This document shows positions 18,204 through 26,358 of a DNA stretch of 44,184 nucleotides, one piece after another (the first letter of the stretch is position 1; each line of letters starts with the position of its first letter). The stretch lies in the IMG/VR virus record IMGVR_UViG_3300023314_000003, positions 1-44,184 of that record; one strand, given 5' to 3'. A program made the position numbers and the translations under genes. The notes under the pieces were generated by a model, which did no database searches, was not told where the DNA came from, and worked only from the letters and a program-made list of their open reading frames with translations. This DNA is from a virus (taxonomy: Duplodnaviria; Caudoviricetes).

Positions 18204-18289
18204 TGATTGAGGCAGGACTCGAACCTGCACGGTAACTTAATCCTTTCAGCCTTTCAGCCGCCTGCGTCTACCAATTCCGCCACTCAATC
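18204..18289 (-). tRNA. tRNA-like element with Leu-type body and non-canonical anticodon arm
   Basis: Acceptor stem GATTGAG/CTCAATC plus discriminator A; D arm TGGCGGAATTGGTAGACGC; T arm GCAGG-TTCGAGT-CCTGC; the anticodon stem does not pair in register; no encoded CCA. Confidence 0.8.
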
Positions 18290-18414
18290 ATGTACGGGTC
18301 TCTCCCCATCTGTCACCTTAGTTTATCATGTGGCCAATTCGCTGTCCCCCAAGGTCAAAAAGCTATCTTCTTAAATATCTTTTACCCATTTAGCAGGTGG
18401 GTGACTGTTTTATG

Positions 18415-18765
18415 TTAGTCAAGAACCTCGATTTTAGCTTTTGTGAAAAAATCGTATTGATCCTCTACAATTATAGGTGACGTTTGCCAACAACCATCAT
18501 TTCCATCAAATACAATTATTCCTGTACCTAATTGGCCTTTGTCGCTATGCCCCCAATTATAAATATTTACTTTTTGCCCTTCAAATATGGGGTTTCCTGA
18601 TACGTCGGTACGGCCTATATATTGACCTATGGTTTCGGGCTTAACTTGCCAAACAGCACCATCAGGACGTGTAATATAATGGCATTCGGGCGTACCTTGT
18701 GTGTAGTGCCCTGTAACGTATTTGCCAGTTTCGTAGCTTATCGCTCTAAATGTATATCTGTTCAT
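18415..18765 (-). CDS. YopX-family protein
   Basis: YTFRA...G.Y...VKPETIGQYIG..D..G..IFEG motif; start re-assigned to MNRYTF. Confidence 0.8.
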   Translation of the reverse strand: MNRYTFRAISYETGKYVTGHYTQGTPECHYITRPDGAVWQVKPETIGQYIGRTDVSGNPIFEGQKVNIYNWGHSDKGQLGTGIIVFDGNDGCWQTSPIIVEDQYDFFTKAKIEVLD

Positions 18766-18905
18766 CTTATCTTTATTTTTTAATGTTTTTTCATCCAATT
18801 AACATCGCTATCATCGTTCGGGTTCTGTTCGAGGTAAAAGCGGATTTGCTTGCGTAGGGTGTAGGCTATTATTAGGGCGGTGATGGTGAAGAATAAGTCC
18901 ATGAT

Positions 18906-19190
18906 CTAAAAAGTTTCAATAATTGCGTCCTCATTAAACCACTCGTCAACTTCCTTAAAAACCTTTACATCGCTAACTGATACATCCTTTAAAGGGTATT
19001 GGGCGTAAACGTCTGAATTAAAGCAAATATCGCCCAATTCTAAGTTTGTGTGAAAGCCAGCGTTTTCCTCTAATGTTGCTTCGGTTGCTTCATATACGTG
19101 GGCTTCCCCATCAACATATCCCATACTGATTAGTACTGAATAGCCACTATCGTAAAATTGTAGTAACTTTTGTGATTGATCTTTTGTCAT
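18906..19190 (-). CDS. Hypothetical acidic protein
   Basis: Start re-assigned to MTKDQSQ. Confidence 0.55.
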   Translation of the reverse strand: MTKDQSQKLLQFYDSGYSVLISMGYVDGEAHVYEATEATLEENAGFHTNLELGDICFNSDVYAQYPLKDVSVSDVKVFKEVDEWFNEDAIIETF

Positions 19191-19192
19191 AA

Positions 19193-19360
19193 TTATTTTT
19201 CCTCTCCTAAATTTAATTGGTTTAAAAAGTTGCGTAGTTGGATGGCTTCTTGCTCGGAAAGCCAAATGCTATCTTTATCTTGATTAATACGAACGCCGGA
19301 TGCCGTCCTGCGCACCTTAATATCCTCGGCAATTGTTAATGTCTTTATCTCTGTTTCCAT
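19193..19360 (-). CDS. Hypothetical protein
   Basis: METEIK..., 55 aa. Confidence 0.5.
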   Translation of the reverse strand: METEIKTLTIAEDIKVRRTASGVRINQDKDSIWLSEQEAIQLRNFLNQLNLGEEK

Positions 19361-19367
19361 ATCTACT

Positions 19368-19667
19368 TTACTTGTTGAGGGCTGCAAGTTTTTCGCTTGC
19401 TTCGGTTAATTGTTTTTGATAGTATTCTTTGCGGCTGCCAATTTCTCGGCTTAACAGGCTTTTAGCATGTTCTTGTGTAAATACGACCTGTTTAGCATCT
19501 ACCATTTTTGGCAACGGCTCACCCTCAGCTAAAAAGAACGCTTTGGTGTTTTTAGACCAATCATCGGTATACTCTAAAATAAAAGCATTGCCTGTAATAA
19601 TTTTATCGCCCCAAGACTTAACCATGTAGGCTTTTTGGTATTTAGGTTCTTTCAATTCCGTTTTCAT
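19368..19667 (-). CDS. Hypothetical protein
   Basis: 99 aa with a C-terminal coiled coil. Confidence 0.6.
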   Translation of the reverse strand: MKTELKEPKYQKAYMVKSWGDKIITGNAFILEYTDDWSKNTKAFFLAEGEPLPKMVDAKQVVFTQEHAKSLLSREIGSRKEYYQKQLTEASEKLAALNK

Positions 19668-19680
19668 TTACTCTTATGGG

Positions 19681-19839
19681 TTAAATCCAGTATAATATGC
19701 CGCTACCTGTATGTAAAACAGCGTTGAGTAAATTAGTGCCTCTTATGTTAACGCCTATGCTTACTGCCGAGCTGTCGTAATAGCTGTAGCCGGTTGAAGT
19801 TTTATAAATTCTTATTCTATATTTTTCTTCCGTTTTCAT
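19681..19839 (-). CDS. Hypothetical 52-aa protein (not in ORF track)
   Basis: MKTEEKYRIRIYKTSTGYSYY...ILYWI; fills the gap in the operon. Confidence 0.5.
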   Translation of the reverse strand: MKTEEKYRIRIYKTSTGYSYYDSSAVSIGVNIRGTNLLNAVLHTGSGILYWI

Positions 19840-19873
19840 ATCTTATGGGTTAAAGGTTAGTGGTAATGAGGGG

Positions 19874-20071
19874 TTAAAGTTCTTGTACCTTATTCAGAAC
19901 CCATTCGTCACCAAAGTTTTCTAACAATTGAATCATTATAGATTCTCCCGATACGTTAGATATTTTAACCTCGACACCGATAACACCGCTTCTGTTCCCT
20001 GATGCTCTTATTAGTGTAATATCATCGCCAACTATTGTTAGTGGCAATAAATCGTTTTTTAATTCGCTCAT
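19874..20071 (-). CDS. Hypothetical protein
   Basis: 65 aa. Confidence 0.5.
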   Translation of the reverse strand: MSELKNDLLPLTIVGDDITLIRASGNRSGVIGVEVKISNVSGESIMIQLLENFGDEWVLNKVQEL

Positions 20072-20086
20072 GATAATCTGTTGTTT

Positions 20087-20206
20087 TTAATAATTAATTA
20101 CTATACCAAACATTGGTATCGGAAATACATAAACTGCTCTTTTCTTTTTGTCAATGAATATGCCTATCCATAGGTCATACCATGCGAATATTGGTCTTAT
20201 TTTCAT
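20087..20206 (-). CDS. 39-aa hydrophobic protein (not in ORF track)
   Basis: MKIRPIFAWYDLWIGIFIDKKKRAVYVFPIPMFGIVINY; starts 2 nt after the upstream stop. Confidence 0.6.
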   Translation of the reverse strand: MKIRPIFAWYDLWIGIFIDKKKRAVYVFPIPMFGIVINY

Positions 20207-20208
20207 AA

Positions 20209-20475
20209 TTAGTTTAATAAAGGCACACATTCGCCAGTTTGTAAATAATACGCCATTTGTAAAAAGGAAACCGTATGATCAGCTAATCCTATCAGCGAAC
20301 CAATTATGTGAGACTTGCGCCATTCTACATAGGTTTCTAAGTTGTTTACCTTAACTTCACCACGTACTGCCTCGTCAATACACGCTTGCGCATTATCGGC
20401 ATACCAATTACGTGTTGCTAAAATAGTACATCCTGTTATGCCTAATTCTTTGCCGTTAATGTATGCTTTTTTCAT
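20209..20475 (-). CDS. Hypothetical protein
   Basis: 88 aa, ATGA-coupled. Confidence 0.6.
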   Translation of the reverse strand: MKKAYINGKELGITGCTILATRNWYADNAQACIDEAVRGEVKVNNLETYVEWRKSHIIGSLIGLADHTVSFLQMAYYLQTGECVPLLN

Positions 20476-20627
20476 ACCCCTTTATAATTTAACATTGCGT
20501 TTTCGATTCGGTTAAGTATTTTGTAGTAGCGGGTTGCTTCTGATTGAACACCCATTGCAGACCACATTTCAACAGCCCATAGAGCGTTGGTGCGCATGAT
20601 GATTAAACACGAGTAGGTTGTTTTCAT
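20472..20627 (-). CDS. Hypothetical 51-aa protein (not in ORF track)
   Basis: Coupled at both ends (TAATG and ATGA). Confidence 0.5.
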   Translation of the reverse strand: MKTTYSCLIIMRTNALWAVEMWSAMGVQSEATRYYKILNRIENAMLNYKGV

Positions 20628-20902
20628 TATGCGGCCTCCTGTAAGTTAGTGGTAAGATAATCAAGAACAACATCGGTTAGGTTATCTTCTAAGTAAGATA
20701 AAGCGTCAACCTCTGAAAGAACATCAGGTGCAGTTATGTATAACCAATTCATCTCATTATCAATTACATGCTCCAAAAGAGTTGTTAATTTGATGTTTTG
20801 GGTTATGTTGGCAATATTGTCACCGTCATAAATAGCGTATATGGCATTGTAAACGGTTGAGTTCTTTTTTACTACTTCAAAGATTTCAATTTCAGTTTTC
20901 AT
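20627..20902 (-). CDS. Hypothetical acidic protein, first gene of the leftward operon
   Basis: 91 aa, downstream of the TATCTTTG promoter. Confidence 0.6.
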   Translation of the reverse strand: MKTEIEIFEVVKKNSTVYNAIYAIYDGDNIANITQNIKLTTLLEHVIDNEMNWLYITAPDVLSEVDALSYLEDNLTDVVLDYLTTNLQEAA

Positions 20903-20924
20903 AATTTGTGTTGATTTGTTAAGT

Positions 20925-20936
20925 CAAAGATACAAC
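20925..20936 (-). promoter_or_regulatory. Bacteroidota-type promoter -7 box
   Basis: GTTGTATCTTTG on the minus strand. Confidence 0.65.
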
Positions 20937-20972
20937 TACTTTTTAATAATACAACACTTTTTATAAAAATAA

Positions 20973-21143
20973 TTATAATTTATTGAAAAAATCTCGCAAA
21001 AGCCTGTTTAAACCTATGCCATGTCGCTTTCTAACATCAGTTAATTTTTCTTTTTCTACTTTAAAGGTTACCACTATAGGGTTTTGTAACTCTTTTTTAC
21101 GGCCTGAATTGGCTATTCTGCCCTCAATTTTGTTTTTACGCAT
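20973..21143 (-). CDS. 56-aa putative RHH-type regulator (not in ORF track)
   Basis: MRKNKIEGRIANSGRKKELQNPIVVTFKVEKEKLTDVRKRHGIGLNRLLRDFFNKL; TAACTTTG box 4 nt upstream of the ATG (likely leaderless). Confidence 0.6.
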   Translation of the reverse strand: MRKNKIEGRIANSGRKKELQNPIVVTFKVEKEKLTDVRKRHGIGLNRLLRDFFNKL

Positions 21144-21296
21144 AATACAAAGTTAGTCATTTTTTAATAGCGCAACACTTTTTTTTATACTTTGTAGGTG
21201 TGTGTGTATTTTTACCAATATGCAATTCGCTATCAAATCATTCGGCTACCTAACAGGTTTAATTAACCTATATGCTATAACCACATTCATAATCGT

Positions 21297-22253
21297 ATGC
21301 GTAAACTCTTAATATTACTCCTATTCCCCCTTGCTGCTTTAGGGCAAGCACCGACAAACGCAACCACGCAAATTAGCGGATCATCGGCGTTCACCCCTAA
21401 CGGTTGGCGGTATAAGGATAGCACACAGGTACAGATGTACAATACTACGTTAGGCAAGTATTATCAATTGGTTACAGGAAAGCAGTTTAATGACTATATT
21501 GGTACGGCAACACAGGCTGCTATAACAGCAGGCGGCACCGTAAATGGATGGACAGTAAGCAGTGTGCCATCAGTGGGGCAGGTTGTAACAACAGGGACGC
21601 CACAGGAAGTTTTTTATCAGCTTTTTAAACAAACCCAAGTTCCTACAGCATCATTAACAGGCGGTACTACCTTAAGGCTTTCAACAACAAACTACAGCGG
21701 TACGCTTAATTATAGCTACGGTAGGCAAATAGCTACTGAGCCAATAGCAAGTGCTGTAATAACGCCCGGTTCGCTCAATGTTTATTCAACACAGCCCGCA
21801 CAGCCGGGTACTGTTTCAGGCACACAAGCGGTAAGCGTACCCGCTAATACTAATACAACTTATACGCTCACTGTAACTACTTCTGATAGCAAAACAGCAA
21901 CAGCGACCTCAACTTACACTTGGTTACCCGATAGGTTTTGGGGTAGGTCTGCAAGCCAAACACCGAATAATTCTATTGTAACAGCTTTTGCGGGCGGTGG
22001 CAATGATTTGGTTGGAACTAAAGACAAATCAGGGTTCACAATAACAGCAAGCGGCAGCAACTATGTTTATTATGCCTATCCAGCAAGCAAAGGGGATTTG
22101 ACTTTCATATCGGTAGGTGGATTTAGCTCTTTCGGAGCATTTACAAAGTCGGTCGTGTCTATAACGAATATAAACGGGGTAGTGGATAATTACAATGTAT
22201 ACACCTCTAATAATACATTTTCATCAACCACACCTTCAATAATTGTATACTAA
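21297..22253 (+). CDS. Signal-peptide-bearing fibre/adhesin-like protein
   Basis: MRKLLILLLFPLAALG|Q; Thr/Ser/Gly-rich beta protein; TYTLTVT and YVYYAYPAS.G motifs. Confidence 0.7.
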   Translation: MRKLLILLLFPLAALGQAPTNATTQISGSSAFTPNGWRYKDSTQVQMYNTTLGKYYQLVTGKQFNDYIGTATQAAITAGGTVNGWTVSSVPSVGQVVTTGTPQEVFYQLFKQTQVPTASLTGGTTLRLSTTNYSGTLNYSYGRQIATEPIASAVITPGSLNVYSTQPAQPGTVSGTQAVSVPANTNTTYTLTVTTSDSKTATATSTYTWLPDRFWGRSASQTPNNSIVTAFAGGGNDLVGTKDKSGFTITASGSNYVYYAYPASKGDLTFISVGGFSSFGAFTKSVVSITNINGVVDNYNVYTSNNTFSSTTPSIIVY

Positions 22254-25200
22254 TGAAAAAACTACTCACGATATTATCACTATTCATAAGTACAGCAGCG
22301 TTGGCGCAGGTGCCCTTAGCTGGCTATGTAACCACTATTGGCCCAAGCGACACTTATCCCGTTACTTTAGATTCATTACAGGCAGGCGGCTATACCACAA
22401 CCTACAATTATACAACCCGAAATGCAATACCAGCTGAAAGGCGTAAAATATCCATGGAGGTTCGGTATAGCAGCAATAAGGATTCAACATTTGTTTTAAG
22501 CGGGGGTATAACGAATAATGACTGGGTTTATACAGGTATCGGTAATTCTATTCAAAATCAAAATATATTTGCTCAATCAGCTAATGCATGGATAACAGGA
22601 TCGTATAAAGGCGCAGCAGGGATATTTACAGACGGAGCAGGCAACACTACAACGGCCTCTGCTGGTTCTATTAGCGTATCTACAACAACGGGCGGAGGTT
22701 CTATATCACCTACATCTATCGGTTTTGGTAATTCATCAGGAGGGTTTAGTCTTAATAATTCGGGCTTAACTTTTGGGGTAGGTTCTTATGCCAATAAATT
22801 TAGCATAATTAACCCGTCAACATCCGAAGTTTTTAGCACAAACGACCTTAAGCTAACTGGAACACATGTTTATACAAATGTTGTACCGACCAATTCAAAT
22901 GATTTAGTAAGGTTAACCGACTTGCAAACACTAGGTATCCAAAACCAGTACACGGCACCACAATCGGGTGCGGGGCTTTGGACAGCAGGCAATATCAGGG
23001 CAAGTGGAAACATTCGCGCAGATGGAGATTTTGCAGTGCAGGGATTGTTGTACAGGGTAGGTGGCCCGTGGAGTATACAGGCAGACGGTTCAACTGTTTT
23101 AAACACGCTAACGACAACCTCAACAATTAAAATAGGTAACACTTCATCGGGTGAGGTAGCTTTAAGGTTGCAGTCTAAGCCTAACGGTGGGGCTTATGAT
23201 TGGCAGTTCATGGCTAATTCTATGTCGGGGGATACTACGCTTTCATGGAAGTACAGGGGCACTGATATTGTTGTAGCAAAACCAAACGGCAATATCTATA
23301 ACGGTGGCGGGTATAGGTATTTGACTGCTTTAGATAGCACCTATTCGGAAAACACGTTTGTGCATAAAGCAGGCGACAACATGACAGGCCAGTTAAACCT
23401 GCCTACTATCAAAGTGGGCACCCATTCATTAAATCCCGGGACAGGAAGTGGTGCATTTAATGATATAGGGTTAATAACTGAGGCTGCGGGCAGATCGACC
23501 CAAATATTTTACCTTGATAGCAGTGGCGTAGCAAAGCCAAGATGGGCGTGGTCGAGAGAGACATCAACAAATGGTTACGATTTGAGGCTTTTAAGATATG
23601 ACAGGTCGGGATTAAGCACAAACTTTGATATTCCGTTAGAATACTCATATACAACTGGCAGCGCAAAATTTAAGGCTCCAGTATTTAATACGAATACAAA
23701 TTTAGGGGTAGCAGGAACAGACAGCTTAATAGCTAAAAAATCAACAGGTGAGATAGTAAGATTAGCGCCTTTAACGTCTGTTCTCGGTGGATACGTGCCG
23801 TACACAGGCGCATCGGGAGCGGTTAACCTAAATGGGCAAAACCTTACTAACGTTGGTAATTTTGCACTTTCTGGCTCAGCAACAATTGGTGCAGGGTACA
23901 CCGGTGCGCAAGCAAACAGACATACCATTACAGACGATAATGCATCGGCTACTATAAGTCCTTTAGGCATACAAAGTAAGGCAGCTACGGCTACGGCTTC
24001 TATAGATTACTATAGCAACACAGGCGTTCTCCAATCCGCTATAGGTTATGCTAATGCCTCTGCTCCGGCTGTTATCGCTGGTACAAATTACTTTTTTAGT
24101 TCTTCAGCACCGTGGCAGTTCAATTTAAATAATACAGAGAAAGTAAGAATAAATACCACTGGGATCATAGTTACCCAAAATAATTTAATTACTACAAGTG
24201 CTGCAGGGTTATTAATTACGAACCCAACAGCGGCCACGGCAGTTAGTGCTTTACAATACTCGCCGCAAATCAAACTATCAGGCACAGCGTGGAATACAAC
24301 AAGTAGTGGCTCGTCTGATACACACGAATCGGCTTTTGAACTAAGAACGGCATCAGGCACTACAACCAATGCAAGCCTTAACTTAGGGTTTAGGGTGAAT
24401 GCAGGCGCATATACTTATCCGTTTAACGTATCTAATATTGGCATAATCACATTAGGAACTGCGGGGCGCTTGCTTGTAGGAACAGTACCCAGTGCGGGTA
24501 AGGTGGTAATTGGAACCGATGCCTTTAGTACGTCTGCTGCTTATGGAACAATGGGTATGGGATTTCAGTCAAATGCTGCGACTTATACGAGTACAGCAGC
24601 GGCGGGCAGTCCTGCATCTGTTGGTGTAAATACTTTTGGCATCCCGACTTTAACAGCTACCAATGCGCAGGCGATAACAAACGCTTCGACATTCAGGATA
24701 GCAGGGCCGCCAGTAGCAAGCACAAATGTTACTATTGCAAACCCTTTTGCTCTTGACGTAGCGAGCGGAAATACGCTGCTTTCAGGTTCTATAATGAACA
24801 CCAATACAGCGGCGGGAACAGCGGGAACAGATAGCTTATTGGTAAAAGTAGATGCAAGCAACGAGATAAGGAGGATATCCCCAACGTTTTACGGAGCTAT
24901 AAACGCAGCAAACACATGGACAGGCAATCTTAACAGATTTACGTTTGGAATAGCACTTAACAGCGGTGCAAAAGTAAATTGGGATACGAGTGGCGGCACA
25001 AATACAACTCTTGGTGCAGATCCGTTGGTAGCTACCAATGTGGCTGTTATAATGCCTAAAGAAAGCGGCACATTAGAGTTAGGAACAAAGCTACGCCTCA
25101 CAGGCAGCGGGACAGGAGCAGCTACAACCATCAGTATAGCGCACGGATTAACTGGCGTTACATCGAGTAGCATAGCTATGGTACAGCCTATTAACGCTGC

Positions 25201-25315
25201 ATCGGCAGGAATAAGCTATGTGACAACCGATTCGGCAAATATTAACATCGTATACACTGTCGCCCCTGCGAACGGCACTAATAATTTATCTTACAACGTA
25301 TCTATCAAACCATAA
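22253..25315 (+). CDS. Signal-peptide-bearing tail-fibre-like protein (1020 aa)
   Basis: MKKLLTILSLFISTAALA|Q; fibre motifs RNAIPAERR, FVHKAGDNMTGQL and YVPYTGASGAVNL; internal repeats. Confidence 0.75.
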   Translation: MKKLLTILSLFISTAALAQVPLAGYVTTIGPSDTYPVTLDSLQAGGYTTTYNYTTRNAIPAERRKISMEVRYSSNKDSTFVLSGGITNNDWVYTGIGNSIQNQNIFAQSANAWITGSYKGAAGIFTDGAGNTTTASAGSISVSTTTGGGSISPTSIGFGNSSGGFSLNNSGLTFGVGSYANKFSIINPSTSEVFSTNDLKLTGTHVYTNVVPTNSNDLVRLTDLQTLGIQNQYTAPQSGAGLWTAGNIRASGNIRADGDFAVQGLLYRVGGPWSIQADGSTVLNTLTTTSTIKIGNTSSGEVALRLQSKPNGGAYDWQFMANSMSGDTTLSWKYRGTDIVVAKPNGNIYNGGGYRYLTALDSTYSENTFVHKAGDNMTGQLNLPTIKVGTHSLNPGTGSGAFNDIGLITEAAGRSTQIFYLDSSGVAKPRWAWSRETSTNGYDLRLLRYDRSGLSTNFDIPLEYSYTTGSAKFKAPVFNTNTNLGVAGTDSLIAKKSTGEIVRLAPLTSVLGGYVPYTGASGAVNLNGQNLTNVGNFALSGSATIGAGYTGAQANRHTITDDNASATISPLGIQSKAATATASIDYYSNTGVLQSAIGYANASAPAVIAGTNYFFSSSAPWQFNLNNTEKVRINTTGIIVTQNNLITTSAAGLLITNPTAATAVSALQYSPQIKLSGTAWNTTSSGSSDTHESAFELRTASGTTTNASLNLGFRVNAGAYTYPFNVSNIGIITLGTAGRLLVGTVPSAGKVVIGTDAFSTSAAYGTMGMGFQSNAATYTSTAAAGSPASVGVNTFGIPTLTATNAQAITNASTFRIAGPPVASTNVTIANPFALDVASGNTLLSGSIMNTNTAAGTAGTDSLLVKVDASNEIRRISPTFYGAINAANTWTGNLNRFTFGIALNSGAKVNWDTSGGTNTTLGADPLVATNVAVIMPKESGTLELGTKLRLTGSGTGAATTISIAHGLTGVTSSSIAMVQPINAASAGISYVTTDSANINIVYTVAPANGTNNLSYNVSIKP

Positions 25316-25833
25316 TGAAAAAGTTAATATTAATCTTACTCCTGTGGGCGGGAGTTTCGAAAGCCCAAACTATACCCGCTGCGCAACTATCTTTTAGTAC
25401 GCTTTCAGATTTAAGATCGCAAGGTTCAACCCCAAATTCAATAGCGTTGTTAAATGGATTAAGCACCATAGGCGATGGCAACGGCGGAACATATATGTGG
25501 AACGCTACAAGCACAGCCACAGACGATGGATTTATTACCGTTAAAGTAAACAATATTACCACAGGGCGTTGGATAAGGCTTGTTAACAGCAATACCATTA
25601 AAGGCACTAAAATATTATCCGGTGCTGTACTGCAAACCGCATATACCATCCCATTTGATAACACTTTGCCAGCCATTCCAGCAATGGTTATTATACAAGC
25701 GTACTCATCAAACGCAGCTGTTCCTAGTTGGGTGAGTAACGTTACTACTACAGGGTTTACAGCTAACTTTGCTAGCGTCCCTGTGTTAGGTACAAATAAT
25801 ATTGAAATTCGTTATTTAATAATTAAACAATAA
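25315..25833 (+). CDS. Signal-peptide-bearing protein with tailspike N-terminal-like domain
   Basis: MKKLILILLLWAGVSKA|Q; TLSDLR...GDGNGGTYMW.ATSTATDDG...GRWIR motif. Confidence 0.75.
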   Translation: MKKLILILLLWAGVSKAQTIPAAQLSFSTLSDLRSQGSTPNSIALLNGLSTIGDGNGGTYMWNATSTATDDGFITVKVNNITTGRWIRLVNSNTIKGTKILSGAVLQTAYTIPFDNTLPAIPAMVIIQAYSSNAAVPSWVSNVTTTGFTANFASVPVLGTNNIEIRYLIIKQ

Positions 25834-25849
25834 TTTAAAACAACAGATC

Positions 25850-26014
25850 ATGCCAGACAAAGTATCATGCTCGCAACCAAAACCAACAGATCACCCTACT
25901 CCTTATGGGGAATACATATGCGTAGGTGGTTATTGGCAATGGCAAGAATCCTACGGTCGCCGAACCGACAAACAAAAGGACAAGAATAAAAAAGATGATA
26001 AGAACGACGACTAG
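25850..26014 (+). CDS. 54-aa Cys/Pro/Trp peptide with charged tail (not in ORF track)
   Basis: MPDKVSCSQPKPTDHPTPYGEYICVGGYWQWQESYGRRTDKQKDKNKKDDKNDD; A-rich start region; overlaps the next ATG. Confidence 0.6.
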   Translation: MPDKVSCSQPKPTDHPTPYGEYICVGGYWQWQESYGRRTDKQKDKNKKDDKNDD

Positions 26015-26357
26015 AGCAGCATTGGTAATGTTTTTACTTTCGTTTTTATTTATTTACTTTTATGGAATGTCAACAGGATGTTTCGGAAGTGAAACCAAAG
26101 CAAAAAGTTTTTACCAGATAGGGATGGCTGTTTTTACAGCCTCTCTATTTGTGCCTTCAAGAAAATATTACGAAAAACAATTTACATATGTCGGTTTAAG
26201 TGCTATGTTAGCATTCTTTGTTGTTGGTGTTTTTAAAAATTCAGGTTTATTGGCTTTGTCTACCTATCCCCTTATGATACGCTTTGCTGGCCTGTTTTTT
26301 GTAACAACTTCTATAATATTATATTATGGGAGGAAATATGGCTTATTTAACGAATAA
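25995..26357 (+). CDS. Multi-pass membrane protein (about 4 TM, 120 aa)
   Basis: Start re-assigned to MIRTTTR; four hydrophobic stretches. Confidence 0.7.
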   Translation: MIRTTTRAALVMFLLSFLFIYFYGMSTGCFGSETKAKSFYQIGMAVFTASLFVPSRKYYEKQFTYVGLSAMLAFFVVGVFKNSGLLALSTYPLMIRFAGLFFVTTSIILYYGRKYGLFNE

Positions 26358-26358
26358 A

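Noticed and set aside
18204-18289. attP site or functional tRNA-Phe(GAA)
   Set aside because: No integrase was found; the anticodon stem does not pair in register and the body is Leu-type.
21297-25833. Diversity-generating retroelement acting on the fibres
   Set aside because: No reverse transcriptase, and no near-identical template/variable repeat pair differing at adenines was seen.
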